Source: Eubacteriales bacterium
Lineage (GTDB): Bacteria > Bacillota > Clostridia > Oscillospirales > QAKW01
Reading direction: 5' to 3'
Length of the DNA: 64,000 bases
Assembly (NCBI GenBank): GCA_045612565.1
Contig: JAZKZG010000094.1
Location: forward strand, 2,556-66,555
This document shows positions 46,509-55,657 of this stretch, one piece after another. The notes beneath the pieces were generated by a model, which worked only from the letters and a program-made list of their open reading frames with translations, was not told the origin of the DNA and did no database searches. The translations under genes were made by a program, and so were the position numbers. Each line of letters opens with the position of its first letter. Position 1 is the first letter of the stretch.

Positions 46509-46976
46509 ATGAAATTTATAAAAATACCAAAAGAATTTTTTAAAAACCCCTACTATAAAAATTTATCTTCAAATGCAAAATTGCTGTATGGTCTTTTGCT
46601 TGACCGCCGTTCGCTTTCCGAGTCAAACAACCTGACCGATGACAACGGCGAAACGGTTGTGTATTGTACACATAAGGAGGCAAAAGAATTACTGTGCATA
46701 GGCAAGGATGCCTGTGATAAAGCATTTAATGATTTAAAGACTGTAGGGCTTTTGCGTGTCGGGTTTCTCGGTGTTGGAAAAACCTGTATGCTATATATCA
46801 AAAAACCGTTACGCCATGTCGGAAATTCAGTACATACCGTATCGGGAATTCAGTATACAAATAATACTGATTATAATAAGACTGAATTAAATAAGACTGA
46901 TTATAATAAAGAACTTGAAGATTATTTTTTGAATTTTTTCTCGGATTCGTTCGACAAAGACGGTCATTGTATTTAA
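46509..46976 (+). CDS. RepA_N-domain (replication initiator A N-terminal) protein, short/orphan
   Basis: MKFIKIPKEFFKNPYYKNLSSNAKLLYGLLLDRRSLS...CTHKEAKELLCIGKDACDKAFNDLKTVGLL matches the RepA_N pattern. Only 155 aa. ATG at 46509 follows AAGGAG. Confidence 0.6.
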   Translation: MKFIKIPKEFFKNPYYKNLSSNAKLLYGLLLDRRSLSESNNLTDDNGETVVYCTHKEAKELLCIGKDACDKAFNDLKTVGLLRVGFLGVGKTCMLYIKKPLRHVGNSVHTVSGIQYTNNTDYNKTELNKTDYNKELEDYFLNFFSDSFDKDGHCI

Positions 46977-47205
46977 AATTCAATCGAAACAAGGACATCT
47001 CTGTATGGTGAAACGCTATTTACTGTAGCCTAAAAATCAGACTTTTTATCATACTTTGCACCTGAAATGTGTATATTTTTTATACTTTTGCTTGTTTTTA
47101 GGTGAAGCGTGTCGATTTCGTCGGGGTGAATGTTAAAATAGGCGGTGTGAAGAGTATTTCCCATAACATTAAATCACACTTTGCGGTAAGTTCACGGTTG
47201 AAATG

Positions 47206-49848
47206 TTATGCATTGGGTGTGGCGCCTTTGGAACTAAGTATTTGTTCGATTTCCTGTTGTGTCAAACTGTGCATAAGCGGAGGTTCGTATGCAATCACGC
47301 CTGCCTCGTATGCAAATTTTAAAGCCTTTGTCTGACGGTTAACGGGGTTGCCGTCAACCGAGTAATCGAGCTTGTCAAAATCAACGCCCGAAAGATTAAA
47401 ATACATTAACAGAAACTGTGTGCATCTCATCGGAACGGCTTTGAGTTCAGGGGTTGAGTTTTGTGAAAGACCGCGTTCCAGCCACTCATAAATCATAAGT
47501 GTGTGCCACTTGAGGTCGGTAGGCTTTTCAACTACAGCTTCCTCATATTTGGGGTTAACTTCGAGTTGTTTCTGTTCGTCTGTTAAAAAGTCAGTGGCTT
47601 TTGGGGTGGTCTGGCTAAGTTTTTCTTCGCTTATCTGCGGACTTATATCAGATAGGGTTGCGTGTTTTGTGCCTTGGTCGGAGTTTTTGTGTTCGCCGAG
47701 AGTTTTTTTGCTGTATGTGTTGACAGTGCCGTAATTTCCGCCGTCGCCTATGTATGCGCATCCGCCGAGTGCATCATATATGCCGACAGTGATTTTCTTT
47801 AGTGTATCGGTATCAGCACCTGCGAAAAAGGTACATTCGCCGTCTGTGAGTTTAAGTGTTTCGAGCCACAGCCGTTGTTTTTCGGTGTAACTGTTTGAAA
47901 GCCCTTTGCGGTTGGTGTCGCACACTATAATATTAACGTCGCCGTAACGTGTGTTAAAGAACATTCCGTTATGATTGCCGTTTTGGGTAATTCTCAAAAT
48001 TTGTGAAAGATATGGCGCATAGTCGCCGTAACACTCGCCCTCACCGCGCGTGAAAATAACGGGTTTTGTACCGCCGCTGAGCGCGTTTGCAAAAACAAGA
48101 ATGTTTTTTATAAAGTCATTTTGCGTGTAAATGCCATCACTCATATTACCGCCCAGCACAATCACATCGGGTTCAACACTCAGCGTATTTTTTGCCTTTA
48201 CTGCCGCTTCAATGCCGCCGCAACCCGAAAATGATGCAACCGATACGCTTTTGCCTTTTTCAAACTCAGCAAATGTATATGGCTTTGATGTGACGGTGAG
48301 ACCGATGTCGGTCGAGGTTGCTTCGTACATATAATTCTCACCATAAGCGCCGTATGCACCAAGGTATGTTGTTTTTATTACATAGGTTGCACCTTCCAGA
48401 ATACTTTTTGGCACCGCGATTGAGTGTACTGCGTTTGATACGGCATTACCCGCTTTTGCGTCGGTAAAAGTATAGATTTTGCCGTCTTTTGCGGTAATTT
48501 CTGCCTGTGCTTTTGTGAGGTCGCTTCCTGCGTCCGCAACAAATACTATATTATACATATCACCGCAGTCAAAAACGGTGGGCGGTACAGTTACAGTCGG
48601 CGAGTATTTGGAGCCTTTTGTGGCAATGCCTGTACCGCTTACGATTTTTTCGAGCGGAGCATTCTGCACGTACTCTGTATTTTGTTTTTGCTCTTTAGGT
48701 GTTACTGTTTTTTGAACTGTTCTGGCAGAGTGGGTAAATACAGAATTGAGGTTGTTATCCCACACCTCAAAGTTTATGTTGTCACCCGATAACTTTAAAA
48801 CTCCGCCGCGGAAACCGTTTGACATAAGACCGCCGTCAATCAAGATGGGATACTGCGCACCCGAAAACTCGGCGGCAACGTGGCTGTGTCCCGATATCTG
48901 AATATCGGTGCCGTATTCCTCTAAAATTTTAAAACATTCGCTTGAATATTTTCGGTCAAAAAATCTCGGCGAGTGCGAAAGCGCAATATGGTATGGCTTT
49001 GATGCGTCATAACCGCCCATATTCTGTAGCCAGTTGAGTTGGCTTATGAGATAGTTGTCAAAATCGACAAGTCCGCCGTACTCCACCTGATAGTCGGGCT
49101 TGTCTTCGCCGCAGTCACCCACGATAAACGATGCGGGACCGAATTCAACGCGCCCATACATATTTCCGCCCTCAAATGCGAGGTATCTGTCAATAAACTG
49201 TGCAAATTCACCTCGCGCCTCGTGATTTCCGCGAACATATATAACGGGTATCTCACCGCGCGAAATAATGTACGCTCCGTCAAGCAACGCCTCGGCAAAA
49301 TACATATCGTTCGGCAGTGCGTCGGTGATGTCGCCGTTTAAAACAATGAGGTCGGGACGTCCGATTTTTTTGTCCATAATGTCACGTGCCATTTCGGCAC
49401 GTTCAAATTCGGCAGGTTTTAGGTGTAAATCCGAAAAGAATGAAATATTGATGCTATTTTTATCTTTATCGCCATAAAAAGTCTGTGTTTTGCGCACTTC
49501 ACTTTCATAAGAAATTCCGTTTTTGGTGCTATTTTCCACCTCACGCGCAACAATTGTGTACGCTCCCGCGCTATCGAGCATTGATTTTGGAACACGCACC
49601 GAATGTATGTAATCGTCGGTGCGGATAACGCCGTCGTACTCGTCGGCATATACATAGGTTTTGCCGCCGTAACTGAGTTCGACAAAGGCAGCCGAATAGT
49701 CATCAGTTGCAAAAACAATGTTATATTCGTCGGGACCCGATAAAAACACCGTCGGGTTTGTAAGAATTTTCGCTTCAGCGTTTGCCGAAAACGTAAGTCC
49801 CGATATCAGAATTAATGCTGTGAGTATTATGCAAAAAAATCTTTTCAT
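47206..49848 (-). CDS. secreted two-module metallophosphoesterase (second catalytic module degenerate)
   Basis: Signal peptide (MKRFFCIILTALILISGLTFSANA). Module 1 has SDLH / NGDITD / RGNHE / GHSH. Module 2 has GCG / GGNMSD / RGEGE in the equivalent positions. Confidence 0.75.
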   Translation of the reverse strand: MKRFFCIILTALILISGLTFSANAEAKILTNPTVFLSGPDEYNIVFATDDYSAAFVELSYGGKTYVYADEYDGVIRTDDYIHSVRVPKSMLDSAGAYTIVAREVENSTKNGISYESEVRKTQTFYGDKDKNSINISFFSDLHLKPAEFERAEMARDIMDKKIGRPDLIVLNGDITDALPNDMYFAEALLDGAYIISRGEIPVIYVRGNHEARGEFAQFIDRYLAFEGGNMYGRVEFGPASFIVGDCGEDKPDYQVEYGGLVDFDNYLISQLNWLQNMGGYDASKPYHIALSHSPRFFDRKYSSECFKILEEYGTDIQISGHSHVAAEFSGAQYPILIDGGLMSNGFRGGVLKLSGDNINFEVWDNNLNSVFTHSARTVQKTVTPKEQKQNTEYVQNAPLEKIVSGTGIATKGSKYSPTVTVPPTVFDCGDMYNIVFVADAGSDLTKAQAEITAKDGKIYTFTDAKAGNAVSNAVHSIAVPKSILEGATYVIKTTYLGAYGAYGENYMYEATSTDIGLTVTSKPYTFAEFEKGKSVSVASFSGCGGIEAAVKAKNTLSVEPDVIVLGGNMSDGIYTQNDFIKNILVFANALSGGTKPVIFTRGEGECYGDYAPYLSQILRITQNGNHNGMFFNTRYGDVNIIVCDTNRKGLSNSYTEKQRLWLETLKLTDGECTFFAGADTDTLKKITVGIYDALGGCAYIGDGGNYGTVNTYSKKTLGEHKNSDQGTKHATLSDISPQISEEKLSQTTPKATDFLTDEQKQLEVNPKYEEAVVEKPTDLKWHTLMIYEWLERGLSQNSTPELKAVPMRCTQFLLMYFNLSGVDFDKLDYSVDGNPVNRQTKALKFAYEAGVIAYEPPLMHSLTQQEIEQILSSKGATPNA

Positions 49849-49914
49849 TAAATTTACCTCTTTTTATATGTAAAATAAATATAACATTATCGGTTATCTA
49901 AGTCAACATTTGCA

Positions 49915-49943
49915 ATTGACATATTTTAATAAAAATAATATAA
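49915..49943 (+). promoter_or_regulatory. consensus sigma-A promoter upstream of eda
   Basis: TTGACA (49915..49920), 17 nt spacer, TATAAT (49938..49943). Confidence 0.65.
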
Positions 49944-50017
49944 TGAAGACAAAAAATAGCCTCCTTTGTATAACGGGAGGAAGACCGATGCACAGCGTTG
50001 GTGGAAGGATTGTTATT

Positions 50018-50644
50018 ATGGAAAATTTAGCAAAAAAAATGTCAGACGTAGGTATTATCCCCGTTGTTGTAATTGACGATGCAAAGGATGCACTTCCCCT
50101 TGCACGTGCACTTAAACAGGGCGGTATTGAGTGCGCCGAGGTTACTTTCAGAACAGCGGCGGCAGAGGAGAGTATTAAAAGAATTGCGGCTGAGTACCCC
50201 GAGTTTTTAATTGGCGCAGGAACCATTCTCACACCCGCACAGGCAGATTGTGCAATGGCGGCGGGAGCCTCGTTTATTGTAAGCCCCGGTCTTAATCCCG
50301 AGGTTGTGCGTCACTGTATAGATAAAGGTTACCCCATTATCCCCGGTGTTTGCACACCCAGCGAGGTTGAACTTGGTCTGTCGCTTGGTCTTAAATATCT
50401 TAAATTCTTTCCTGCAGAGGCGGCAGGCGGTCTTAAAATGATAAAGGCAATGTCGGCACCCTATGGAATGGTACGCTTTATGCCAACGGGCGGTATCAGC
50501 GCAAAAAATGTCACCGAGTACCTTGAGTGCAAAGCGGTATTTGCCTGTGGCGGCAGTTGGATGGTGCCAAAAGATATGATTGCAAACGGCGAGTTTGATA
50601 AAATTGAACAACTTACCCGCGAGGCAAAATCACTTGTTAAATAA
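50018..50644 (+). CDS. eda: KHG/KDPG aldolase
   Basis: IIPVVVIDDAKDALPLARALKQGGIECAEVTFRT...GAGTIL...KFFPA...MPTGGI. ATG at 50018 follows GGAAGGA. Confidence 0.85.
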   Translation: MENLAKKMSDVGIIPVVVIDDAKDALPLARALKQGGIECAEVTFRTAAAEESIKRIAAEYPEFLIGAGTILTPAQADCAMAAGASFIVSPGLNPEVVRHCIDKGYPIIPGVCTPSEVELGLSLGLKYLKFFPAEAAGGLKMIKAMSAPYGMVRFMPTGGISAKNVTEYLECKAVFACGGSWMVPKDMIANGEFDKIEQLTREAKSLVK

Positions 50645-50645
50645 C

Positions 50646-50675
50646 AAAAACGGAACTTTAGTTCCGTTTTATATT
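50646..50675 (+). terminator. rho-independent terminator of eda
   Basis: AAAAACGGAAC-ttta-GTTCCGTTTT followed by ATATTTTT. Confidence 0.75.
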
Positions 50676-50732
50676 TTTAATTTTGTTGGATAATATTGCA
50701 GTTTTTGTTCAATATCAGAAGGAGTTGGGATA

Positions 50733-52577
50733 ATGATCAAAAAAGAAAATAAGACACGTTTTTTAAATATGACAACACTAACGATTGCAGGTGTTTTATT
50801 GATATTGCTCTCAGCTGTTATTTTGTTGTGGCACGGCAATGCAACCAGTAATCAATCCGTATCGGCTTTAGTGGCTCAGATATATTTTGACGGCGAGTAT
50901 CGTATTGCTGACGGTGACTGGCAGAAAATCGAAGACGGAAAACACATTTCTTCTACAGAGGGAGATGTGACCCTGCGAGGTAATTTCCACATGTTAGCAC
51001 CGGATGGTGAGTATGTTGGTATTTATAGTGGTGATATTCCGATTGCTCTTTATACAAATCATATTAACCTTACATTTTATGAGAAGGAAAAAGAACCCTT
51101 TATAATAGATGTGGAAAATCATTTATACGGAAATTCTGCCTGTCACGAGGATTGGACCGCTCATACTATTACAAGCGAAGAACCAATCGAGATACTTATT
51201 CATAATCCACATAGTTTTGGCAATGAAACTGCCATTGACGAGATGCTTTCCAACACGGCTTTATGGACGGATATTGAGTTTGAAAAAGGAGTTCTTGAAA
51301 GCGGAAGATACCAAAGAGATATCGGTTTGTTGTTTGTTATTGTTTCTCTTTTGTTTTTGGGAACTGCCCTGTTTTCGACACTTATACATATAAAAAACAA
51401 CAAGACACTTTGGTTATTCGGCATCGTAATTTTGTTTGCCGGCGCATACCTGTTATATGGTGCTGACGGCGTGTCTTTCTGGAGCAAATCCGTTGTATCA
51501 AATACGACGATTTTGGGATGCTCAATGATGTTCTATATGCTCTTCCTTTCTATTGCGCTTGTACACTTTTTGAGAAGTACAAAATCAATTGGTACAATTG
51601 CCGTTGCACTTCTCGGTTTTGTTAACTTGGTTTTTTTAATTCTGCCTATCTTAACGGATATTTTGTTTTATGATATGTGGGTTTATTGGGCTGCTGCTCA
51701 AATACTTGTAAACATTATTTTGTTTGGATGCCTTATACGAGAGTTTTTTGTTACAAAGGGAAAAGAACGTTGGCTTTATATCGGCCTGATTTTGCCGCTT
51801 ATCTCTTTTGGCGTTGATGTTATTATGACTGACCTTGGATTATGGCAGGGCGGACTTGCATCTGAATACATTTTTATTGTTTTCTTTATTGCCGCTATGG
51901 TAGCAGTGCTTAAAGTCATACCAAACAGCATCAACACTCTTGCCAAAGCCAAAGATTTGGAAACCGAGAAAATCATATTAAATGCTCAGCTTACCGAAAG
52001 CAGAGTTTCTACTATGATGAGTCAGATTCGTCCGCACTTTATTTATAATACCCTCGGCAGTATCGAACAACTTTGTAATATTGATCCGCCAAAGGCAGGA
52101 GAACTCGTTCATAACTTTGCGAAATATCTTAGAGGTAATTTTGGAGAACTGGATAATCCCAAGCCGATTTTGATGTCAAAGGAAATGGAGCACGTACATC
52201 ATTACATTAGTATCGAAAATGTCCGTTTCCCCGATATGACGTTCTCCTTTGTAATGAATTCGGACGATTTTTATATTCCTGCACTTACTATTCAGCCAAT
52301 TGTAGAAAATGCGATTAAGCACGGACTTATGAAATTGCAAAAAGGCGGTACAATCCGTGTAATTTCCTATGAGACCGATAGCCATTACTGTGTTTCGGTG
52401 GAGGATGACGGTGTGGGATTTGATACGGCTGTTTTGCTTGACGAAAGAAAACACGTGGGAATCCGTAATATTCGCGGAAGATTAAAGGCGATGGTAAATG
52501 GAACCCTTGAAATCGAAAGCACACAGGGCGTTGGTACCAAGGTCCTGATAACTATTCCTAAGGAGGCAGGCGAATGA
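50733..52577 (+). CDS. LytS/YesM-type sensor histidine kinase
   Basis: Signal-anchor, ~180-aa extracytoplasmic domain and ~6 TM helices. His_kinase box 'RPHFIYNTLGSI'. GHKL ATPase (ENAIKHG...DDGVGF...GVGT). Confidence 0.85.
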   Translation: MIKKENKTRFLNMTTLTIAGVLLILLSAVILLWHGNATSNQSVSALVAQIYFDGEYRIADGDWQKIEDGKHISSTEGDVTLRGNFHMLAPDGEYVGIYSGDIPIALYTNHINLTFYEKEKEPFIIDVENHLYGNSACHEDWTAHTITSEEPIEILIHNPHSFGNETAIDEMLSNTALWTDIEFEKGVLESGRYQRDIGLLFVIVSLLFLGTALFSTLIHIKNNKTLWLFGIVILFAGAYLLYGADGVSFWSKSVVSNTTILGCSMMFYMLFLSIALVHFLRSTKSIGTIAVALLGFVNLVFLILPILTDILFYDMWVYWAAAQILVNIILFGCLIREFFVTKGKERWLYIGLILPLISFGVDVIMTDLGLWQGGLASEYIFIVFFIAAMVAVLKVIPNSINTLAKAKDLETEKIILNAQLTESRVSTMMSQIRPHFIYNTLGSIEQLCNIDPPKAGELVHNFAKYLRGNFGELDNPKPILMSKEMEHVHHYISIENVRFPDMTFSFVMNSDDFYIPALTIQPIVENAIKHGLMKLQKGGTIRVISYETDSHYCVSVEDDGVGFDTAVLLDERKHVGIRNIRGRLKAMVNGTLEIESTQGVGTKVLITIPKEAGE

Positions 52578-53353
52578 TTGCAATAGCAGTTGACGACGAA
52601 ATATTAATGCTTGGTGCTTTGGTAACAGCAATTAAAGCATCACCCGATATCTCTGAAGTTTCTCAGTTTTCCGACTGTGATGAGGCTCTTACATTTGTGA
52701 AAGAAAATTTGGTTGATGTTGCCTTTTTGGATATTAATATGCGTGGTATGGGCGGACTTGCACTTGCAAAAAAGATACTTAATGCGTGTCCCGATTGCAA
52801 AATTGTATTTTGTACAGGATATGAGGAATATGCTATTCCCGCCTTTAAATTACATGTCTCAGGATACTTAATGAAACCTGTATCAGCCAAAGACGTGCAG
52901 GCAGAGATTGATAATATAAAAGGTATTCGTCAAAAAGAAAAACCGCTTACAGTGAAATGCTTTGGTAATTTCGAGGTCTATGCAAAAGGTGAAAAGTTGA
53001 CGTTCAGACGTTCAAAAACAAAAGAACTGTTTGCGTTTTTGATTGACCGAAACGGTGCAGGGGTTACGGTTGCAGAAATTGGAGTTGCACTCTGGGAAAA
53101 TGATGAAGAGGAAAAAAACCAAAACTATATCCATCAATTATTTCGCGATCTGCGCCAAACTCTTGAAGCAATTGGTATGGAAGAGATTTTTGAGCGAAAC
53201 AACTATCTCTATTCTGTGAATACCGAGAAAATTGATTGTGATTATTATAATTACTTAAAAAGCGGAAAGCCTGAATTTATCGGCGAGTATATGTCTCAGT
53301 ATAGCTGGGCAGAAGGAACTTGCGGATTGCTTTGGGATAGAAAAACTAAATAA
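52574..53353 (+). CDS. response regulator with SARP/BTAD-like winged-helix output
   Basis: Receiver domain (DDE...FLDINM...K). Output 'CFGNFEVYAKGEKLTFRRSKTKELFAFLIDRNGAGVTVAEIGVALW'. ATGA overlap with the kinase gene. Confidence 0.8.
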   Translation: MIAIAVDDEILMLGALVTAIKASPDISEVSQFSDCDEALTFVKENLVDVAFLDINMRGMGGLALAKKILNACPDCKIVFCTGYEEYAIPAFKLHVSGYLMKPVSAKDVQAEIDNIKGIRQKEKPLTVKCFGNFEVYAKGEKLTFRRSKTKELFAFLIDRNGAGVTVAEIGVALWENDEEEKNQNYIHQLFRDLRQTLEAIGMEEIFERNNYLYSVNTEKIDCDYYNYLKSGKPEFIGEYMSQYSWAEGTCGLLWDRKTK

Positions 53354-53366
53354 ACCTACTTGTTAA

Positions 53367-53396
53367 GATAAGCCGTCTGTTTGACGGCTTATTTTT
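53367..53396 (+). terminator. rho-independent terminator of the two-component operon
   Basis: ATAAGCCGTC-tgttt-GACGGCTTAT followed by TTTTT. Confidence 0.75.
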
Positions 53397-53562
53397 TATT
53401 TGTAAGAAGTTTGTCATACCGTAAATGATATACTGAAGCGGAAAATAGGGTAACTATGCCTTGTAGCAGATGTTAAGGCTTTAATTTAAACGAAATAAAC
53501 ATAAATTTCTTTAAAAAAGATGAAAAAATGTGATTAAAAAGATATAAAGGAAATTTAATTGT

Positions 53563-53859
53563 ATGACTATTGAAATTAAGAAAAACAATCAGGAAACCAT
53601 CATCGAGGTTGTAGGAAGACTCGATACTATTACTGCCCCCGCACTTGACAAAACTATCAACGAGGATATCGGAGATACCAAAAACCTTGTTATTGACGTA
53701 AAAGGTGTGGAGTATATCTCCAACGCAGGACTTCGTGTGCTTCTTGATGCACAGAAGAAAATGCAGAAGGTCGGTTCTATGAAAGTGACGGGTGTTTGCC
53801 AAGAGGTTATGGAAGTATTCGATATGACAGACTTTGCCGATATTTTGGTAATTGAATAA
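53563..53859 (+). CDS. STAS-domain protein (anti-sigma-factor antagonist family)
   Basis: 98 aa. 'VVGRLDTITAPALDKTI...VIDVKGVEYISNAGLRVLL', with the conserved phosphorylatable Ser context (YISNAG). Confidence 0.85.
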   Translation: MTIEIKKNNQETIIEVVGRLDTITAPALDKTINEDIGDTKNLVIDVKGVEYISNAGLRVLLDAQKKMQKVGSMKVTGVCQEVMEVFDMTDFADILVIE

Positions 53860-53970
53860 TGGAACTTATGGCCCCTGCTTTTTTTACTGTATATTCAATC
53901 GTTTTTTTGCGGTTGGATTGCTGTAAAAATAAATTACGATATTAGACCCAAAATCGAAGGTGAATATATA

Positions 53971-55566
53971 ATGAATGAAAATAAATTATTAATGAAACAA
54001 AAATTTAATAAAACACATTCTATGCAGTTTCGTGTTTTGGCTACCATAATTTTCGCAATGCTTACAATAACGGTTTTTATTGGTGGCATCAGCATTTACG
54101 AGGTGGACCAATACATACAGGATGAGTCGGAAAACTTTGTTGTGGTTGCTTGTGAAAATGAAGGCACACAGATTGACGATATTTTTGATGATATGGAAAA
54201 ATCGGTCAAGATTATGGAAAGCTACATAATGGACTTTTTTACCGAGGACGTCATTGTGGAAGATCGCAATTTTCAGGAAAAAGTTGTCAATAGTACCGAC
54301 AAAATGTTTGCCGAAGTTGCCAAACACGCAAGTGGTGCAGTTGCCTATTATTTTCGGTTAGACCCTGCGATTTCAGATGGTAAAATGGGATTGTTTTATA
54401 GCAAAACAAAAGAAAATGATGAATACGTTTCTTTGGAACCAACCGATATCTCACTTTATGAAAAAGAAGATACCGAACACGTTGGTTGGTTTTGGCAGCC
54501 TTACCAAGCCGGAAAACCTGTCTGGATGTTGCCTTACTATAACCAAAATAACAATATTTATATGATTTCATATGTGGTACCGATGTATCATAAAGAAAAA
54601 CTTATTGGCATTGTTGGAATGGATTTTGATTATACGGTTTTATCAGACCGCGTACACGAAATTAAAATTTATGAAAATGGATTTGCTCATTTAGAAACCA
54701 ACGGAGTTGTTATTCATGACGACAGTGTGCTTGATGAAAAAATCACACACGATCCAAATAAATATCTGCGCGTATCAAAAGAGTTGAAAAACGGAATGAC
54801 GCTTGTTATTTCTGCAAGTTATGATGATATCCGACAAATTCGATATGAAATCAGTATTGTGATTTTGTTTGCTGTTTTAATACTGTCTGCGTTTTTTACA
54901 GTGGTGGCAATTATTGTTGTCAAGAGAATCGTTGCCCCACTCAAAAAAATTGTCGATGCGGCGGTAAAACTATCAAATGGGGATTATGATGTAGAATTTG
55001 TACATAGTAACGTTTCCGAAATAGAACTTTTAAACACGGCTTTTGAAAATATGGCAACGCATTTACACGAGCGCGAACGAGAATTGAGCTTTTCTGCCAA
55101 ACGTGACTCTCTTACGGGTCTTAGAAATACCACATCGTATAAAAGTTGGGTAGAAGAGTTTGAAAAAGAGATTGAAAATAAAACCGCAGAGTTCGGTGTT
55201 GTTGTTTTTGACTTAAATCAACTTAAGGAAACGAATGATACATATGGACACGATGTAGGCGATAAACTTATCGTTACTGCCGCAAAAGTGATTTCGGATG
55301 TTTTTAAAAGAAGCCTCGTTTTCAGAATAGGCGGAGATGAGTTTTTGGCGGTTCTTCAACACAAAGATTTAGAAAACTGCGAAAAATTATTTGCTCAGTT
55401 TGATTTGGAATGTATAAAGACACGTATTGAAGAAACACCTATCAGCATTGCAAGAGGTTTTGCAAGGTTTGACCCGGACCGCGATTTATACTTTAATGAC
55501 GTATTTAAACGTGCAGATAATGCTATGTATGAAAACAAGAGAAAAAGCAAAAAAGTTACGGTTTAA
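53971..55566 (+). CDS. Cache-like sensor / HAMP / GGDEF diguanylate cyclase
   Basis: TM, ~260-aa extracytoplasmic domain, TM, HAMP (VAPLKKIVDAAVKLSNGDYD), GGDEF (DLNQLKETNDTYGHDVGD...FRIGGDEFLAV). Confidence 0.85.
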   Translation: MNENKLLMKQKFNKTHSMQFRVLATIIFAMLTITVFIGGISIYEVDQYIQDESENFVVVACENEGTQIDDIFDDMEKSVKIMESYIMDFFTEDVIVEDRNFQEKVVNSTDKMFAEVAKHASGAVAYYFRLDPAISDGKMGLFYSKTKENDEYVSLEPTDISLYEKEDTEHVGWFWQPYQAGKPVWMLPYYNQNNNIYMISYVVPMYHKEKLIGIVGMDFDYTVLSDRVHEIKIYENGFAHLETNGVVIHDDSVLDEKITHDPNKYLRVSKELKNGMTLVISASYDDIRQIRYEISIVILFAVLILSAFFTVVAIIVVKRIVAPLKKIVDAAVKLSNGDYDVEFVHSNVSEIELLNTAFENMATHLHERERELSFSAKRDSLTGLRNTTSYKSWVEEFEKEIENKTAEFGVVVFDLNQLKETNDTYGHDVGDKLIVTAAKVISDVFKRSLVFRIGGDEFLAVLQHKDLENCEKLFAQFDLECIKTRIEETPISIARGFARFDPDRDLYFNDVFKRADNAMYENKRKSKKVTV

Positions 55567-55657
55567 AAACGATTTGAAGCCCAGTTACTTTGTAAGATGA
55601 CATATTATAAAATGTAAGATCCGCAAGGAAATCGCCTTTTGAAAGGAATCTTGGAAT

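Noticed and set aside
47102-47335. 77-aa plus-strand ORF in the RepA_N / phosphoesterase gap
   Set aside because: It has a GTG start without an RBS and runs antisense into the 3' end of the 880-aa gene. Its composition is unremarkable.
46406-49848. Calling the RepA_N gene plus its neighbour a mobile element or integrated plasmid
   Set aside because: I could not identify an integrase, transposase, relaxase, partition genes or flanking direct repeats. A single truncated rep-like ORF is insufficient for that call.
49903-50232. 109-aa minus-strand ORF
   Set aside because: It is antisense to the eda promoter, leader and 5' coding region. eda is well supported.
53473-53802. 109-aa minus-strand ORF
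   Set aside because: It is antisense to the STAS gene, which has a clear family signature and an RBS.
55567-55657. Possible c-di-GMP riboswitch between the GGDEF gene and the pilus-associated genes (also checked 56650..56682 and 60067..60153)
   Set aside because: I could not find the GEMM-I (GGCAAACC / CGAAAGG tetraloop-receptor) or GEMM-II (ACGCACA...pseudoknot) signatures. The gaps are also too short and AT-rich. A covariance-model scan would be needed to be sure.
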